Shown here one piece after another: positions 26,582-43,737 of a stretch of 64,000 nt of DNA; position 1 is the first letter of the stretch, and each line of letters begins with the position of its first letter. The translations under genes were made by a program, and so were the position numbers. The notes under the pieces are model-generated. The model made no database searches, had not been told where the DNA came from, and was given only the letters and a program-made list of their open reading frames with translations. Source of the stretch: the human T2T-CHM13v2.0 reference genome, Homo sapiens; assembly GCF_009914755.1 (NCBI RefSeq), contig NC_060937.1; one strand, 5' to 3'.

Positions 26582-29500
26582 CACTCTGCACAGCTCCTGG
26601 TCCTCACGCCATCTCTGTGAGCAATTCTACTCCTTTCTCTCCTTTTCTCTTCCTTGCCTAATACTTTTTCTGGCAAACTGATTACCCTGTTCCATATAAC
26701 ACTGACTCCTCGTTTCACTAAACACCGTCCTCAGCTCTTTGTATCTAACCCAGCCCTTGCCTGGCTTCCGTGCGCTGTCCCCTCCTCAATGCCCATGCTG
26801 GCTGGGGTCCCCTGGGAAGCGGCATGGTTGTCTGCCAGGTAGGATTGCACCTGAGGGACCGGTTGTTCAATAGAACCCACTGGAGGCCACAGGTGAAGGG
26901 GGCTCTGAGCTTCCATGGGGTGACCCGCAGGAGGCCACTGCCTACAGGGCTGGCAGGAGGGAAACGTGACCATCAGAACTGAGAACGGGGGCAGGCCCTG
27001 TGGACCTGGAGCCCAGGCTCGACAGGGAGGGACTGCCAGGCTGCTGGAGCCCAGGGGGTGCTGGCCAGTCCACGGGGACAGCCTGGGAGAGGAGGCTGCC
27101 GGTTGCTGGTGGGGCCTCCGGAGGCTGCGGAGGGCTGGTGTAGGGGAGTGGGGGAGGAAACTGAAAAGGGGACAGACAGCTCTGCCAGAGTAGGGTGGCA
27201 GGGCAGCAAGCCTGGACGAGGAGCGCAGCTTCAGCCCCTCTGGGTGCCACTCTTGGCAGCACTTACAGGGGTGGGGTGGGATTGGCTAGGGTGCAGGGGA
27301 ACAGAGCTGCGAGGCTCCAGCGCAGTGTGATGCGGCAGAGCACAGGAGGGCGTGTTGGGAGCTGAGAGAGAACAGCACCAGAACAGGTATGACCTGCCTT
27401 TTAGGACATTTTGTAATTCAGATCAGTGTTCGTGTTTGAAGAGAGTCACCGTCCTGCCATGGGAAACACTTGCATCGTCTTCCAACCTTGACAGGATTAC
27501 GCGCGCTCCTGGACCGCATCCAAATAGAACTCTCCCTTATGCCCAGGGCTCGATGTGGCGACCGGCTGTGGGGGCCACGGACCCCTGCTTTTCTGGGGTG
27601 TGGCTGTAGTTGTAGTATAAACGGTCGTGCTTATTTTCTATACACTGACCTCACGCTCTTCACGTTCCTGCTGACCTCACAATGGTCTGTGAAGGTTCTA
27701 CCCTGTTTACCACGCCCTTTCCCAGTGATACGAATATTTCCAGGCTCCTACATGAAGTAATTACACTGCTATGAACACATGTATGTATGCTGCCTTTTCT
27801 TCATTTAATGTGTTTCCTTATCCTAATACTTTACTTCTAAACCACCTTTAGCCTTACATTTGAATTAGCTGGCACCCCACACTCACATTTTATTAGAACC
27901 TCCAGTGCTCGCATATTGCCATGAGCCTAGTCTCTTTTTCTTTCTGTCCTTTCTGTGTTTCGTTCTTAACCCCTTTGACCGATGACTTCTTTATTGGGCT
28001 GGTTGTTCCACTCCTTATTTTCTTAACTCCTCTGTGAACCCTTCGTTTCGTTTTACTGCCTTCATCTCTAACCAGTTTCCTGAGCTAAGGGAACCCCCTC
28101 CACCAGAAGTTGTTTGGTGGGGATGAGGCTTTCTCACCCCGGGCTAATTAGCTCACACTATCTAGGCAGACTCTTAATGAAATGTAGGACCAGGACAAGC
28201 TCAAAAATCCCTGTTTCTTAAAGGTCTTCCGTATATTCAATAAGACGCGGCTTCTAAAATTGGGTTCCAATTAATCAAACTCATAATTTAATTGATGTGC
28301 CTTTTTTTCCGGGAATAAATAAAAATAAAAACAAAAACAGCAACCAGGGCAATTAAAAATGCTTCCCTCTGGAAGTAAAATTTACATTCAAATGGCCAAA
28401 GCCATATAAAGCAAAAAATGTTCATGTAAGATTGATTTACTACCCAGGTACAAAATATGGCAGGGAACTAATTATGCATCAAATATTTATTTGTTGGTAT
28501 CTGCTTCTGTTCTGCTTCAAAAAGTACTTCTCCAGTATAATTTTTTTTTTTTTAGTTTTGCACAGAATATAGGTAAAGCATGAACGGGCATTTTAACAGA
28601 AGAATCACAGTACCGCTCACTTCTAAGGCAGTATTTGTTTCAGGCTTTGCGACCGATCAGCAGTTTTCACACCCAGTCCTGGATTCGGTCTCTGCTATTT
28701 TACACCCAGGCAAGGGCACTGAGGACAGCACTTGCAAGCCTCTCTTAGGTAAATTCACCTGGAGAAGAAAACAGCTTTTATTTGTAAAACATTTGACTTT
28801 CCAACAAGCCTTGTCTATCATGGCATCCTGATGATGCATACAAACAAGAGCTCACTGGACTGGCTTAATCTTCCAGTGCCTGCTGCTTTCTCCTGAGTAG
28901 GTTTTCTGGGCCGTGGAATCCTTCAGGCTCGTGTGTCCTCCACTGGCATTTGCTCCTGAGCGAGCACACGCTTAATGTGAAGCCCATGGCTACACCCCAG
29001 GGCATCCAAGTGCCCTCTGAAATGTTCTGTGTTGGAGGAGAGTTTCCTTAGCTTCCACCAGATTCTCAAGAGGCTTTTTAGCCCCAAGACCATTAAGAAA
29101 GAGTGTTATCCTGTTTTGGACCTTCTTGTTCGTGCTCTTTCTGGAAACAAAATGGTGCGAGAGCCTTTCCTACTTAGCCCTGGGGAAGTTCTGGTACCTG
29201 CCGGGTAATTATAACTTCCACAAAAAATATGCTTCATTCCTAGTTTTGAGGCTCATTTAGCAAACTAGTGAAGGAGTTTTACTCAACGCAAGTGTGATTG
29301 AGGGGTGAGGAACTAGGAAGGGGAGGGAGAATATAGGACAATAACTTGAAGAGAAGATGATAGGGTTGTGGAGAGATTGTTAAAGGTTAGGATTGGAGAC
29401 AAGGAAGGTGGAGAGAGTAGGGGTGCGGAAGGCGAGGTGGGGAGATCCAGGGAATATTTCTTAGCAGAAGAGGTGAAGGGACCCATCCAAAGGATGGAGA

Positions 29501-29829
29501 AGACAGAAAAGGGATGGGAAAGTTAGCAGAATACCATCCAGAGGACAGGAGCAAGAGTTCTGGTGTGATAAACATACTCACCAAATTTGGGTTGTATTTT
29601 GGAAAGAAGGAAATGAGGAATTGGAGTGTGGGGTCTGGGGAGGGCAGAAATGCTGGGGGCAGCAGTGCTGTGAAACAGGAGAGGGGCTGCCACTTGCTCC
29701 AAGCCTCTTGAGCCTTCTTTCCCCCTACTTTGGCCATAAAATAATGGAACAATTGTTTTAACCACCACAAACCCCTGATGGTGAAGGAGAGAATTTTCGT
29801 TCTGCAAATATACATTTATTTCTGAAATT

Positions 29830-31050
29830 ATAAACACAAGACAAAAATATGCTTATGGAGTTTTAAGTGCAACACACACACACAACTTTCTGAAGCTAAA
29901 ATAACAAAATAATTGATGAATTAGAGGAGAAGAACATCCAAATGATTGGACTAGCATCTAAAAGAGAAGACAAATCTCAAAGCACAAATCTCAGGCAGTT
30001 TAGGCAATTCATAACAGAATGTGTGCACGTGTGCTCTCTTTCTCTCTCTCCCCAATCTACACAGATAACGTGGGTGTGTGTGCGTCCATCTATCATTGCT
30101 CACAACCATTTTGTTTTCTTCATCCCTTCATGCAGCGTAAGGCCCCTGTTCTGGTTTGTGTGGTGTTGGTGTGATGTCTGAAGAGATTTACCTCCAGTGG
30201 GACATGTGGGTGATAAACGATATAATTTCATCTGTTTGATTCCCCATTTACTTCTTCTCCAAACACACATACCTTGCCCATTTCAAATTTGGTGAATGTG
30301 TTTATCATACCAGAACTCTTGCCCCTGTCCTCTGGATGCTATTCTGCTAACTTTCTTATCCCTTTTCTGTTTTCTCTGTCCTCTGGATGGGTCTCTTCAC
30401 CTCTTCTGCTGACAAATATTCCCTGGTTCTTTGAAAGTGAGTGGAAATAGAAGGAGATGGAAATCATTAGGAAAAATATCAGAGACACTGAAAACACGTA
30501 AAGAATTCACAGGAAAATAATAAAAGTTCTAAAATGTTAAAAGAAAGAAGACATGGAGGAAAGGTATTAAACAAATAATCAAAGAAGATACTTCTAAACT
30601 GAAGAGAAATTGAGTCAGGAATTTGAAAAGACTCATGAAGTTTCAGGCAAAAATGATGATAAACATGGATATGTGCACACATGCACTCACACACATGTGC
30701 ACGTGCACGCACATGTAATCATAGCCTCATGAAAGTTCTAATATCTAATGATAAGGAGAGAATATTATAAATTTGTAGACCAAAATAACCAGTTATTCAC
30801 AAAGAATAAAAGGATCAAACTAGCGTAGGACTCGTTATCTGCAACACCAGAAGCTGTAAGATAATGGAATAATATCCTGCCATTACTGAGAAAGACAGAC
30901 TGCATCTTAGTCATTCTCTATCCAGCCAAGATAGCAATCACTGGTTGGGTGATAAAAACAGATTTGCAAACATGGATGAAATTAAATAGTTCATCACCCA
31001 TATGTCCCACTGGAGGTAAATCTCTGAGACATAACACCAACAACACACAA
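29830..31050 (+). mobile_element. ancient HAL1/L1ME ORF1-like element, interrupted by the inverted insertion at 30018-30430
   Basis: Degenerate ORF1-type motifs: atttgaaaagactcatgaagtttcaggcaaaa, gcaacaccagaagctgtaagataatggaataatatc, attctctatccagccaag. Confidence 0.55.
30018..30430 (-). repeat. inverted local duplication: reverse complement of 30967-31172 joined to reverse complement of 29447-29621
   Basis: Alignment by eye. About 14 mismatches in a ~143-bp gap-free core for the 29447 arm, roughly 83-85% identity for the 30967 arm. Confidence 0.92.
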
Positions 31051-33547
31051 ACCAGAACCAGGGCCTTAGGATGTATGAAAGGATGAGGAAGAAGAAATGA
31101 TGCGAGCAACAGTAGACGGACACCCACCCACCCATGTTATTTACATAGATTAGGGGAGAGAGAGTGCACATTTGATTACATTCCCTGAGCATGTGTAATA
31201 TAAGAGCTAAATAAAAACTCCTGGAAAAGAAGGGATATTCTACAAGTGAAACTCTAATAATAATTGAAAACTAAAACGACTAAACTGATTGAAAAATATA
31301 GGCACTGGAGGCAAAGATGAGTGGAGGCCAGAGCTCTCTAGTGGTTGCTCTGGGATGTGAGTGGGGTGGTGCCAGGAGCACAGCTCAAGGCCCTCTGCAT
31401 GTCTCTTCCTGCTCATGTGGGTGGTGAGCTGGAAGAAGAAAGAACCTACTGGTGGAAAAGCAGTGCATTATGGTATCCCACTTTTAAAACTAGAGGAATA
31501 TGTGTCTGACTGTAAGCCAATAAAGGGTAGATAACTATTTTCTAAATGGAAAATTATAATGCTGTTTTTAAGTTTTAACAAAAGGACAAAAACGGAAAAG
31601 AAGAGTAATTTGAACAAATGAACTAAAACATGGGAAATGAAAATAGAAAACAACAATGTAAAATAAATAATACTTTATTAAAATAAAGAGAATAAAATGA
31701 ATGTATCAGTCAGTACAGGATGGACTATTTTTCTTTTAGAAAGTACACTGTCAAGTACACAAAATAAGCCTGATTTCATGCTATTTATGCATATTCTCAC
31801 TTAAAACGAAGTCTTGAAAAAAGCTTGAAAATAAAGATATGGACAAAGAATTATCAGGTAAATACAAGTATAAAGAAAACAAGGATAGAAAAATGCCAGA
31901 CATGCTAAAATTAGGAACAGAAGAATGAGGAAGGGACATCATGAATTGATTTAAGGCATAACATGAGAAAGATGCAAAAGTTTTCAACCAACCTGTGCAT
32001 CTAACATCTTATGTAATTTTTAAAATAATTTGGAATTTAGGGAAAATGATTTAAAAATTTATGTCCGTGAGAGGAGGGGCCAAGATGGTGAACTAGAAGC
32101 AGCTCATATGCACCACTCTTACTGAGAGGAAACAAAAGGGCTGGTGAACACTGACCCTGCAGGTCGATCATCTGAGAAACCATGTCGGGATCCATCAAGA
32201 CAGCAGTGGGACACAGAGAGCAGAGAGGAGCAAAGCTGGGCCCCAGCCAGTCTGGGCTTAGTGAGTAGCCAGGAGAACCTCTCCAATATGGGAAAAGATG
32301 AGTGAGTGAGTGGAGACCCCTGGGGGATTCACACTCTCCACAGGGACCTGTGTAAGATTGGGAACGGGAGAATCTCCCTGGCACCCCCAAACACCCCCAC
32401 TGTGCTTCTAGAGTCAGGCAGAGAGCCACCTGGACATTTTGTGGGGGCAACTCTTGAGTCCAAGGGCATCTCTACAAGCATTGGGTCCCAGAGCAGACCA
32501 GCACTGGTGCCATAGCTCCAACAGAGCCACAGCTGCAGGACGTGGGAGGAGTAAGATTGCACCACCAGTCCTCACTGGACTGGGCTTGGCACTAGCTTCT
32601 GGCTCAGCAGCCCTGCTTTTACCTGAACTCAGCGCAGCAGCAGCCTCCTGCTGTCCTAGAAAGCACCCTGATAGCAGGGTGGGAGACCCCACCCATCCCC
32701 ACCCATCCCCACCACTGGCAACCACGTAAGCGACACCTGCTAGCGCTTCCAGCCCAGGATTCTCACTTCTGTGTGAACTCAGCCAGAGGATGTAGCCTCC
32801 TGTTGTCCCAGGAAATACCCAGACAGCAGGATGGGCAACCCTATCCAACCCCGCTGCTGGTAGCCAAGTGGGCAAGTCTTGCTAGAGCTTTCAGCCCAGC
32901 AGTCTCTCTTCTGCCTGAACTCTGCTGGCAAGCACAACCTTGTGTTCCTTCAGGAGGCACTCAGACAGCAGATTAAGGCTGACCCAACAAGGGTATGGCC
33001 TCTCTGCCAACTGCAGCCCCTGCCTGAGGGAGCCCCATGGACAAGAACACCCAATAAGAGAAGCATAGGCATGGAGACAGTGGTTGAAGGGGCCTCCTCC
33101 AAGACCCAATAGTAGACTAGAATCGAGGCCAGTTGACTGAACCCACCTTATACCACAAACGAACCCCCGAGGGCATCAAAGAAACTAAAAACAACCCCAT
33201 CAAAAGGACACCAGTTTCAAAAATTATAAGAACATCAGCCTACACAAATGAGAAAAAAAAAACAAAACAGGGCAAGAGCTCTGGCAACTCAAAAAGCCAG
33301 AATGTCTTCTTTCCTGCAAATAACTGCACTAGTTCCCCAACAGTGATTCTTAACCAGGCTGAAATGGCTGAAATGTCAGAAAAAAGAATTCAGAATATGG
33401 ATAGGAATAAAAAGCATTGACATTCAGGAGGAAGTTGAAAACCAATTCAAGGAATCTAAGGAATACAATAAAATGATACAGAAGATAAAAGACAAAATGG
33501 CTGTTTTAAGAAAGAACTGAACTGATAGAGCTAAAAAACTCACTTCA

Positions 33548-34156
<609 letters not shown>

Positions 34157-34496
34157 TATAATACAATGTAAAGTATTAACAGCAGAATTGACCAAGCTGA
34201 GGAAAGAATTTCAGATCTAAAAGACTGGTTCTCTGAAATAACTCAGTCAGACAAAAATAACAACAAAAACAAAACAAAACAAACAAGAATGAACAAAACC
34301 TTCAAGAAATATGGGATTATGGAAAGAGACTAAATCTACAACTCACTGGCATCAGTGAAAGAGGGAGAGAAAGCAAGCAACTTGGAAAACTTATTTGAGG
34401 ATACCATCCATGAAAATTTTTCCAACCTTGCTAGAGAGGCCAACATTCAAATCCAGAAAATGCAGACGACCCCTGTGAGATAGTACACAAGATGAC

Positions 34497-34768
34497 TGTA
34501 TTGGGTTGTTCTTGCATTGGTATAAAGAAATACCTGAGACTGGGTAATTGATAAGAAAAGAGGACTAATTGGCTCATGTTTCTGCAGGTAGTACAGGAAG
34601 CATAACATTGGCATCTGCTTCTAGGGAGGTCTCAGGAAGCTTTTACTCATGGTGAGTAAAATGATCCACCCCCATGATCCAAATACCTCCCACCAGACCC
34701 CACCTCCAACACTGGGGATTATATCCTAACATGAGATTTGAGCAGGGACAAATATCTAAATGATATCA
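34497..34768 (-). mobile_element. internally deleted MST (MaLR) LTR inside L1
   Basis: tgtatt...aagaaatacctgagactgggtaatt...tgatatca. 5-bp TSD ATGAC at 34492-34496 and 34769-34773. Confidence 0.88.
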
Positions 34769-37445
34769 ATGACCATCCCCAAGACACATAGTCATCAGAT
34801 TCCCCAGGGTCAAAATGAAAGAAAAAATATTAAAGGCAGCTAGAGAGAAGGGTCAGGTCACCTACAAAGGGAACCACATCAGGCTAACAGCAAACCTTTC
34901 AGTAGAAACTTATAAGCCAGAAGAGATTAGGAGCCTATATTCAGCATTCTTAAAGAACGTAAATTCCAGCTGAGAATTTCATATCCAGCCAAACTAAGCT
35001 TCATAAGTAAAGGACAAATAACATCCTTTTCAGACAAGCAAATGCTAGGGGAATTTGCCACCACCAGGCCTGCCTTATAAGAGGTCCTTAAGGGAATGCT
35101 AAATGTGGAAAGGGAAGACTGTTACCTGCCACCATGAAAACTGACTTAAGTACATAGACCATTGACATAAAGCAACCACACAATCAAGTCTGCATAATAA
35201 CCAGCTAACAACATGATGACAGGATCAAACCTGCACATATTAATATTTAATCTTTAAAGTAAATGGACTAAATGCCCCAGTTAAAAGGCACTGAGTGGCA
35301 AGTTGAATAAAGAAGCAAGACCCAACTATATGCTGTCTACAAGAGACCTATCTCACTTGCAATGACACCCATAGGCTCAAAGTAAAGGGATGGAGAAAAA
35401 TCTAGCGAGCAAATGGAAAACAGAAAAAAATCAGGAGTTACAATTCTAATTTCAGACAAAACAAACTTTCAACCAACAACAGTCAACAAAGACAAACAGA
35501 GGCATTAGACAATGGCAAAGGATTCAATTCAACAGGAAGACTATCCTAAATATATGCACCCAACATAGGAAGACTCAGATTGATGAAGCAAGTTTTTACA
35601 GACCAATGAAGAGACTTAGATGACCACGCAATAATAGTGGGAGACTTCAACACCCCACTGATGGTATTAGACAGATCACTGAGGGAGAAAATTGACAAAG
35701 GCATATGGGACCTGAACTTGACATTTGACCAAATAGGCCTAATAGATATCTACCGAACTCTCCACACCAAAACAGCAGAATATACATTCTTCTCATCTGC
35801 ACATAACACATACTCTAAAATCAGCCACACAATTGGCCACAGAACAATCCTCAGAAATTTTTAAAAAACTGAAATTATATCAAACACACTCTTGGACCAC
35901 AGTGCAATAAAAATAGAAATAGAAATCAATTCTAAGAACATTACTCAAACTCATATAATTACATGGAAATTAAACAACCTGCTCCTGAATGACTTTTGGG
36001 TAAACAATGAAATTAAGGCAGAAATCAAGAAATTATTTGAAACTGATTAGAACAAAGATACAACATACCAGAATATCTGGGACACAGCTAATGCATTAAG
36101 GGGGAAGTCAGTAGCATTAGACATCTACCTCGAAAAATTAGAAAGATCTCAAATTAACAACCTAACATCACACCTAGAGAAACTAAAGAAACAAGAACAA
36201 ATCAACCCCAAAGCTAGCGGAAGACAAGGAAGAGGCAAAATCAGAGCTGAACCGAAGGAAATCAAGATGCGAAAAACCACAGAAAAGATCAATGAATCCA
36301 TGAACTGGTTTTTTGAAATAATAAATAAGATTAACAGACTGCTAGCTAGACTAATAAATAAAAGGATAAAGAAGATCCAAATAAACACAATGAGAAATGA
36401 CAAAGGGGACATTGCCACTAAACTCACATAAATACAAAACCCCCTCAGAGACTACAATGAACACCTCTATGCACACAAGCTAGAAAATCTAAAAGAAATG
36501 TATACATTCCTGGAAACATACAACCTTCTAAGATTGAACCAGGAAGAAACTGAATCCTTAAACAGACCAATAATGAGTTCTTACTGAATCAATATTAAAA
36601 AGGCCACCAACCAGGAAAAGCCCAGGACCAGATGGATGCACAGCCAAATTCTACCAGATGTATAAAGAAGAACTGGTACCATTCCACTGCAACTATTCCA
36701 AAAAATTGAGGAGGAGGGACTCCTCCTTCACTCATTCTACAAGCCCGGTGTCATCCTGATATAAAAACCTGGCAGAGACACAACAAAAAAAGAAAACTTC
36801 TGGCCAATATCATTGATGAACATAGATGCAGAACTTTTCAACAAAATCCTATCAAACCAAATCCAGTAGTATATTGAAAAGCTAATCCAACACAATCAAG
36901 TAGGTTTTCTCACTGGAATGTAAGGTTGGTTCAACATATGCAAATCAATAAAGTGATTTTATTTTTATTTTATTTATTTAAAAAAGCCAAAAACAAAACC
37001 ACCTGGTCATCTCAATAGAAACAGAAAAGGCTTTTGATAAAATTCAACATCCCTTCACGTTAAAAACCCTCTACAAACTAGGCATTGAAAGAACATACCT
37101 CAAAAGAATAAGAGCCATCTGTGACAAACCCACAGCCAATATCATACTTACTGGGCAAAAGCTTGAAGTATTTCCTTTGAGAACCAGAACAAGACAAGGA
37201 TACCCACTTTCACTATTCCTATTCAACATAGTACTGGAAGTCCTAGCCAGAGGAGTCACGCAAGAGAAAGAAATAAAAGGCATGCAAACGGGAAGAGAGT
37301 AAGTCAAACTCTCTCTGTTTGCAGAAAATATGATTATGTACCTAGAAAATCCATAGTCTCTGCCCAAAAGTTCCTAGATCTGCTACACAATTTCAGCAAA
37401 GTTTCAGGATATAAAATCAATGTACAAAAATCAGTAGCATTTCTA

Positions 37446-37890
<445 letters not shown>

Positions 37891-40353
37891 TCAATGAGAA
37901 TTACAAAACATTGTTCAAAGAAATCAGAGATGACCCAAATGGAAAAACATTCCATGATCATGGGCAGGAAGAATCAATATTGTTAAAATGGCCATATTGC
38001 CAAAAGCAATTTATAGATTCAATGCCATTGCTACCAAACTACCAATGATATTCTTCACAGAACAAAGAAAAACTATTTTAAAATTCATATGGATCAAAAA
38101 AATGGCTCAAGTAGCCAAGGAAATCCTAAGCATAAAGAACAAAGCTGGAGGAATCACTGTACCCAACTTCAAACTCTACTACAAGGCTACAGTAACCAAA
38201 ACAGCATGGTACTGTACAAAAACAGTTACCTGGACTAATGGAACAGAATACAGAGCCCAGAAATAACACCACACACCTACAACCATCTTATCTTCAACAA
38301 AGTCGACAAAAACAAGCAATGGGGAAGGGACTCCCTATTCAATAAATGGCTAGTCATATGCGAAATATCGAAACTAGAACCCTTCCTTACACCATATACA
38401 AAAACCAACTCAAGATGAATTAAAGATTTAAATGTAAAACCTAAAACTAAAAACCCTGGAAGATAACCTAGGAAATACCCTTCTGGACATAGCCCTGCCA
38501 AAGATTTCATGATGAATATGCCAAAAACGTTGCAAAAAAACAAAAATTGACAAATAGGACCTAATTAAACTAAAGAGCTTCTGCACAGCAAAAGGAACTC
38601 TCAACAGAGTAAAAAGACAACCTACAGAATGGGAAAAAAATAACTGCAAACTATGCATTCGACAAAGGTCTAATATCCAGAATCTACAAGGCACTTAAAC
38701 AAACTAATAAGCAAAAAACAACCCCATTAAAAAATGGGCAAAGGATGTAAACAGACATTTTTCAAAAGAAGACATACACACGGCCAACAAGGATACAAAA
38801 CAAATGCTCAACATCATTAATCATTAGAGAAATGCAAATTAAAATCACAATGAAATATCATCTCACACCATTCAGAATGACTATTATTAAAAAATCAGAA
38901 AATAACAGATGCTGGCAAGGTTGTGGAGAAAAGGGAGCACTTATACAATGCTGGTGGGAATGCAAATTAGTTCAATCACTGTGGAAAGCAGTTTGATGGT
39001 TTCTCAAAGAATTTAAAATAGAAGTACCATTTGATGTAGCAATGCCTTTATTGGGTATATACCCAAAGGAATATAAATCGTTCTCCCACAAAGACACATA
39101 CACACGCGTGTTCACTGCAGCACTATTCACAAGAGCAAAGACATGGAATCAACATAAATGTCCATCAGTTGTAGCCTGGTTAAAGAAAATGTGGTACATA
39201 CACACCATGGAATACTATGCAACCATAAAAAGAGGAGATCACATCCTTTGCAGCAACATGGATGGGGCTGGAAGCCATTATCCTAAGGGAACTAATGTGG
39301 GAACAGAAAACCAAATACTACACTTGTTCTCACTTGTAAGTGGGAGCTAAACATTGAATACACATGGACACAGAGAATGGAACAGCAGACACTGGGGCCC
39401 ACTTAAAGTTGGAAGGTGGGAGGAGGAAGAGGATCAAAGGACTGCCTATCAGGTGTTATGCTAATTACCTGAGGGATGAAATAATCTGTACAGCAAACCC
39501 CCATGGTATGTAATTTACATATTTACATATGTAACAAACCTGCACATGTACCCCTGAACCTAAAATAAAAGTTAAAAAAAAGTATGTCCATGAGAGTCGA
39601 CATTTCTAATAGACAAAAAAGGTGGGAACAGGAAAAAATTTAAAAACTCAATTGGCTATTGGGAGGCTAAAATGGTAGGATTGCTTGAGCCCAGGAGTTT
39701 GAGACCAGCCTGGGCAATAGAGCAAAAACTGTCTAAACAGAACAAAACAAAACAAAACAAAAAAACCTCAATGGCGCACAGTGTGAGTCTGAAAAAGTAG
39801 CTAAAGGGAAGTTTTTTGTTTTTGTTTTTTGTAGTTTTGGGAAGAATTCTGTGGCCCGATTGTGGCAGTGGTTATAAGAATCTATGCATGTGGTAAAATT
39901 TATAGAACTATCTACACACATAGACATACAGTACATGTAAAAACTGGTGAAGTCCAAATAATGTCTATAGTTTAGTTAATAGTATTGTACCCACATCAAT
40001 TTCCTTATTTTGAAAGCATACTCTGGTTATGTGAGACATTATCATCAAAGGAGCTGGGTGAAGGGCACATGGGAACTCTCTCTACTTTTTGAAACCTGTT
40101 GTGAATATAAAATTATTTCAGGATAAAAAGTGTTTTAATAAATTATAAAAACTTTTTGTAATATAATTGCATATTCTCTTGAACAGAGTATACACATTTT
40201 TTCATAAGTTCATGAAATATTTAAAATCCTAGCAAGTTTTAGAGAGTAGGAATATATAGGCTTGATTGCCTAATCTCAATCAATGGCCGATGAACTCTGA
40301 AGTCATTGATAATTAAGAAAACATGTTCCTAGATAAAGATTTGGTCAAAGAGG

Positions 40354-41780
<1,427 letters not shown>

Positions 41781-41941
41781 AAGGATTTGGCCAAAGAGGA
41801 AATCGAAAGGGAACTTATAAATCCCCTTGGAAGCAATGGAAAAGAATGTACTTTCTAATAAAACTCATGGGACACAGTGAAAGTTATATTTAGAAGGAAA
41901 AGGGTAATTGAGCATTCATCTTGAGAAATGAATAAAGGCAC

Positions 41942-42447
41942 TGTGAAGAACTAGAATGGATCTGAGCTTTTACCCAACTTACAAACTAAGACAGTCAGCC
42001 ACAGTTTCATGGATGCTGGAAGAAGACACGAGACTCCTGGGTCAGAAACAAACGACCATATGAACCCTGGCTGAGCAGGCAGCATGGGCTTCAGGTTCAT
42101 AACAGGCTCCTTGCTTCTGAGTCCCATGAGGCCATGCAGAGGTGGCCCAGGGGAAGGCTGCAGGCATGGTGGGCTTGTGTCACAGCTAAGGGACTTCAAG
42201 CTTGGGCAACCCTAGTCTTTAAAGGCACTGCAAGCAAACCTGCTCAAACTCTCCCAGAGACAGACATTTTTTAAATCTACTGGTTGGCAAGCAAATTTGT
42301 CCTCTTCCCAAAAGGGGAACAGTATATCTACTTTCCAAGGCTGTTTGCTTTAAAAGACTTTTGAAAATATAGTCTGCAACAAAAGCTGTCATTACCTCTG
42401 CTCAGATATTCAGAAGTGGAAGAGACTCATGGAGAAAGGTCTCCCAA
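41942..42447 (-). mobile_element. ERV-type LTR fragment (family not firmly assigned)
   Basis: tctgagcttttacccaacttacaaactaa...cacagtttcatggatgctggaagaagacacgagactcctgggtcaga is a recurrent LTR motif. Confidence 0.55.
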
Positions 42448-42984
42448 GAATTCCAAAAAGAGAAATTAAGAAGAGGGAAATAAGAAATTGAAATGTATCA
42501 AATGTGTTTTTCAAAGTCTGTGAATTCATAATGGTATTCAGAAAAATCACTGGTCTCCTCTGCAGGATGCTGGAGCACCAACTCGTGATGCTGAAAAGTG
42601 GTAAACAATGGAAAATGAGTGAGCATTTATCTTGCCTTTCCTGTAGGAACTACGTTTCAGAGTACACATATAGCTGATAAAGAACAGTACCTCTTGCAGA
42701 ATTCTAGCTGAAATATAACTGAAGGACTTATCAAGATATGGCAATTCTGAATGAAACACTGAATCTAGTAGGAATTATGAATAGTTGCTGAAGCAAATAG
42801 ATGATGATGGGTGGAATCATAATGGATGGATCTGGATAGTAACACCAGAATGCACCAATCGATCCTAGCATCACAGAGATCCCAGGACACCACGTTCCTT
42901 CTGAGTGATGTGATAGTAAGTTCCACTTCCCCTTCCTCTCATGTAATATTTCTGGGGCAGGGTCCTGATTTCTCAAAGGGCACT

Positions 42985-43440
42985 ATTGGGAGTAAAATTG
43001 TCCACCAAAAGATATGTTGAAATCCTAACTCCGAGTACCTGTAAATGCAACCTTATTTAGAAATAGGTTCTTCACAGATACAATCAAGCCAAGATGAGGC
43101 CATCCCAGATCAGAGTGGGTCTTCACCCAGTGACTAGCATGCTTATAAGAAGAGAGAAATTCAGACACTGACACAGAGAGGGAGAAAAGTCCATGTGAAC
43201 ACAGAGGCAGAGATTAGGGCGATTTATACCCAGTACAAGGAGGTTCCCTTGGATGGCTGGCCACCCACAGAAGCTGGGAGAGAAACCTGCAGCAGATTCT
43301 CCCTCTGGGCCCCAGAAAGAACCAATCCTGCCCACACCTTCACTTCAGACTTCCAAACTTCAGAAATGGGAGAGAATATATTTCTTTTTATTTGAGCCGC
43401 CCAGCTTGTGAGACTTTGTTACGGCCTCTCCCAGAAATGC
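42985..43440 (+). mobile_element. MLT1B/C MaLR LTR
   Basis: aaaagatatgttgaaatcctaactcc...accttatttagaaatagg...accaatcctgcccacaccttcacttcagacttcca. Confidence 0.85.
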
Positions 43441-43737
43441 ATAGGCCCCAGTAGGACTGCAGCCCAGGTTCCCGTAGCAATAACCTGCCAACAAGGCAGC
43501 CTTGTGTTTAGCTTCTCCCCTTCCCTGTCCCATCGTCCCATTTTCTCCTTTGTGCTTTTCATGGTCACTTCCCAAATAGGCAGCCTGCACTGAAGCCCTG
43601 GCTCAGGGTCTGCCTTCGGGGACAGGAGGGGACAAACCAAGGCAGATGGTATCAGAGGGGACCTTGGAAAGCAGATGCCCAGGGGGAGAATCCCAAGACA
43701 CATCTCTCCCCAGCCAGATGGCACGGCCTTAGGACAC

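Noticed and set aside
26009-26584. 191-aa repeat protein ORF on the minus strand
   Set aside because: It is open only because the unit is 39 nt and stop-free in one frame. The start is not ATG and between-copy changes are mostly non-synonymous.
27300-29400. Exons of an annotated intergenic lncRNA
   Set aside because: The sequence is unique and has isolated donor-like sites (e.g. CAG|GTATGA at 27387), but no exon chain can be supported from sequence alone.
30018-30430. Spliced retrocopy explanation for the inverted insert
   Set aside because: The A-B junction lacks GT-AG boundaries in the source, and no poly(A) tail or TSD is visible.
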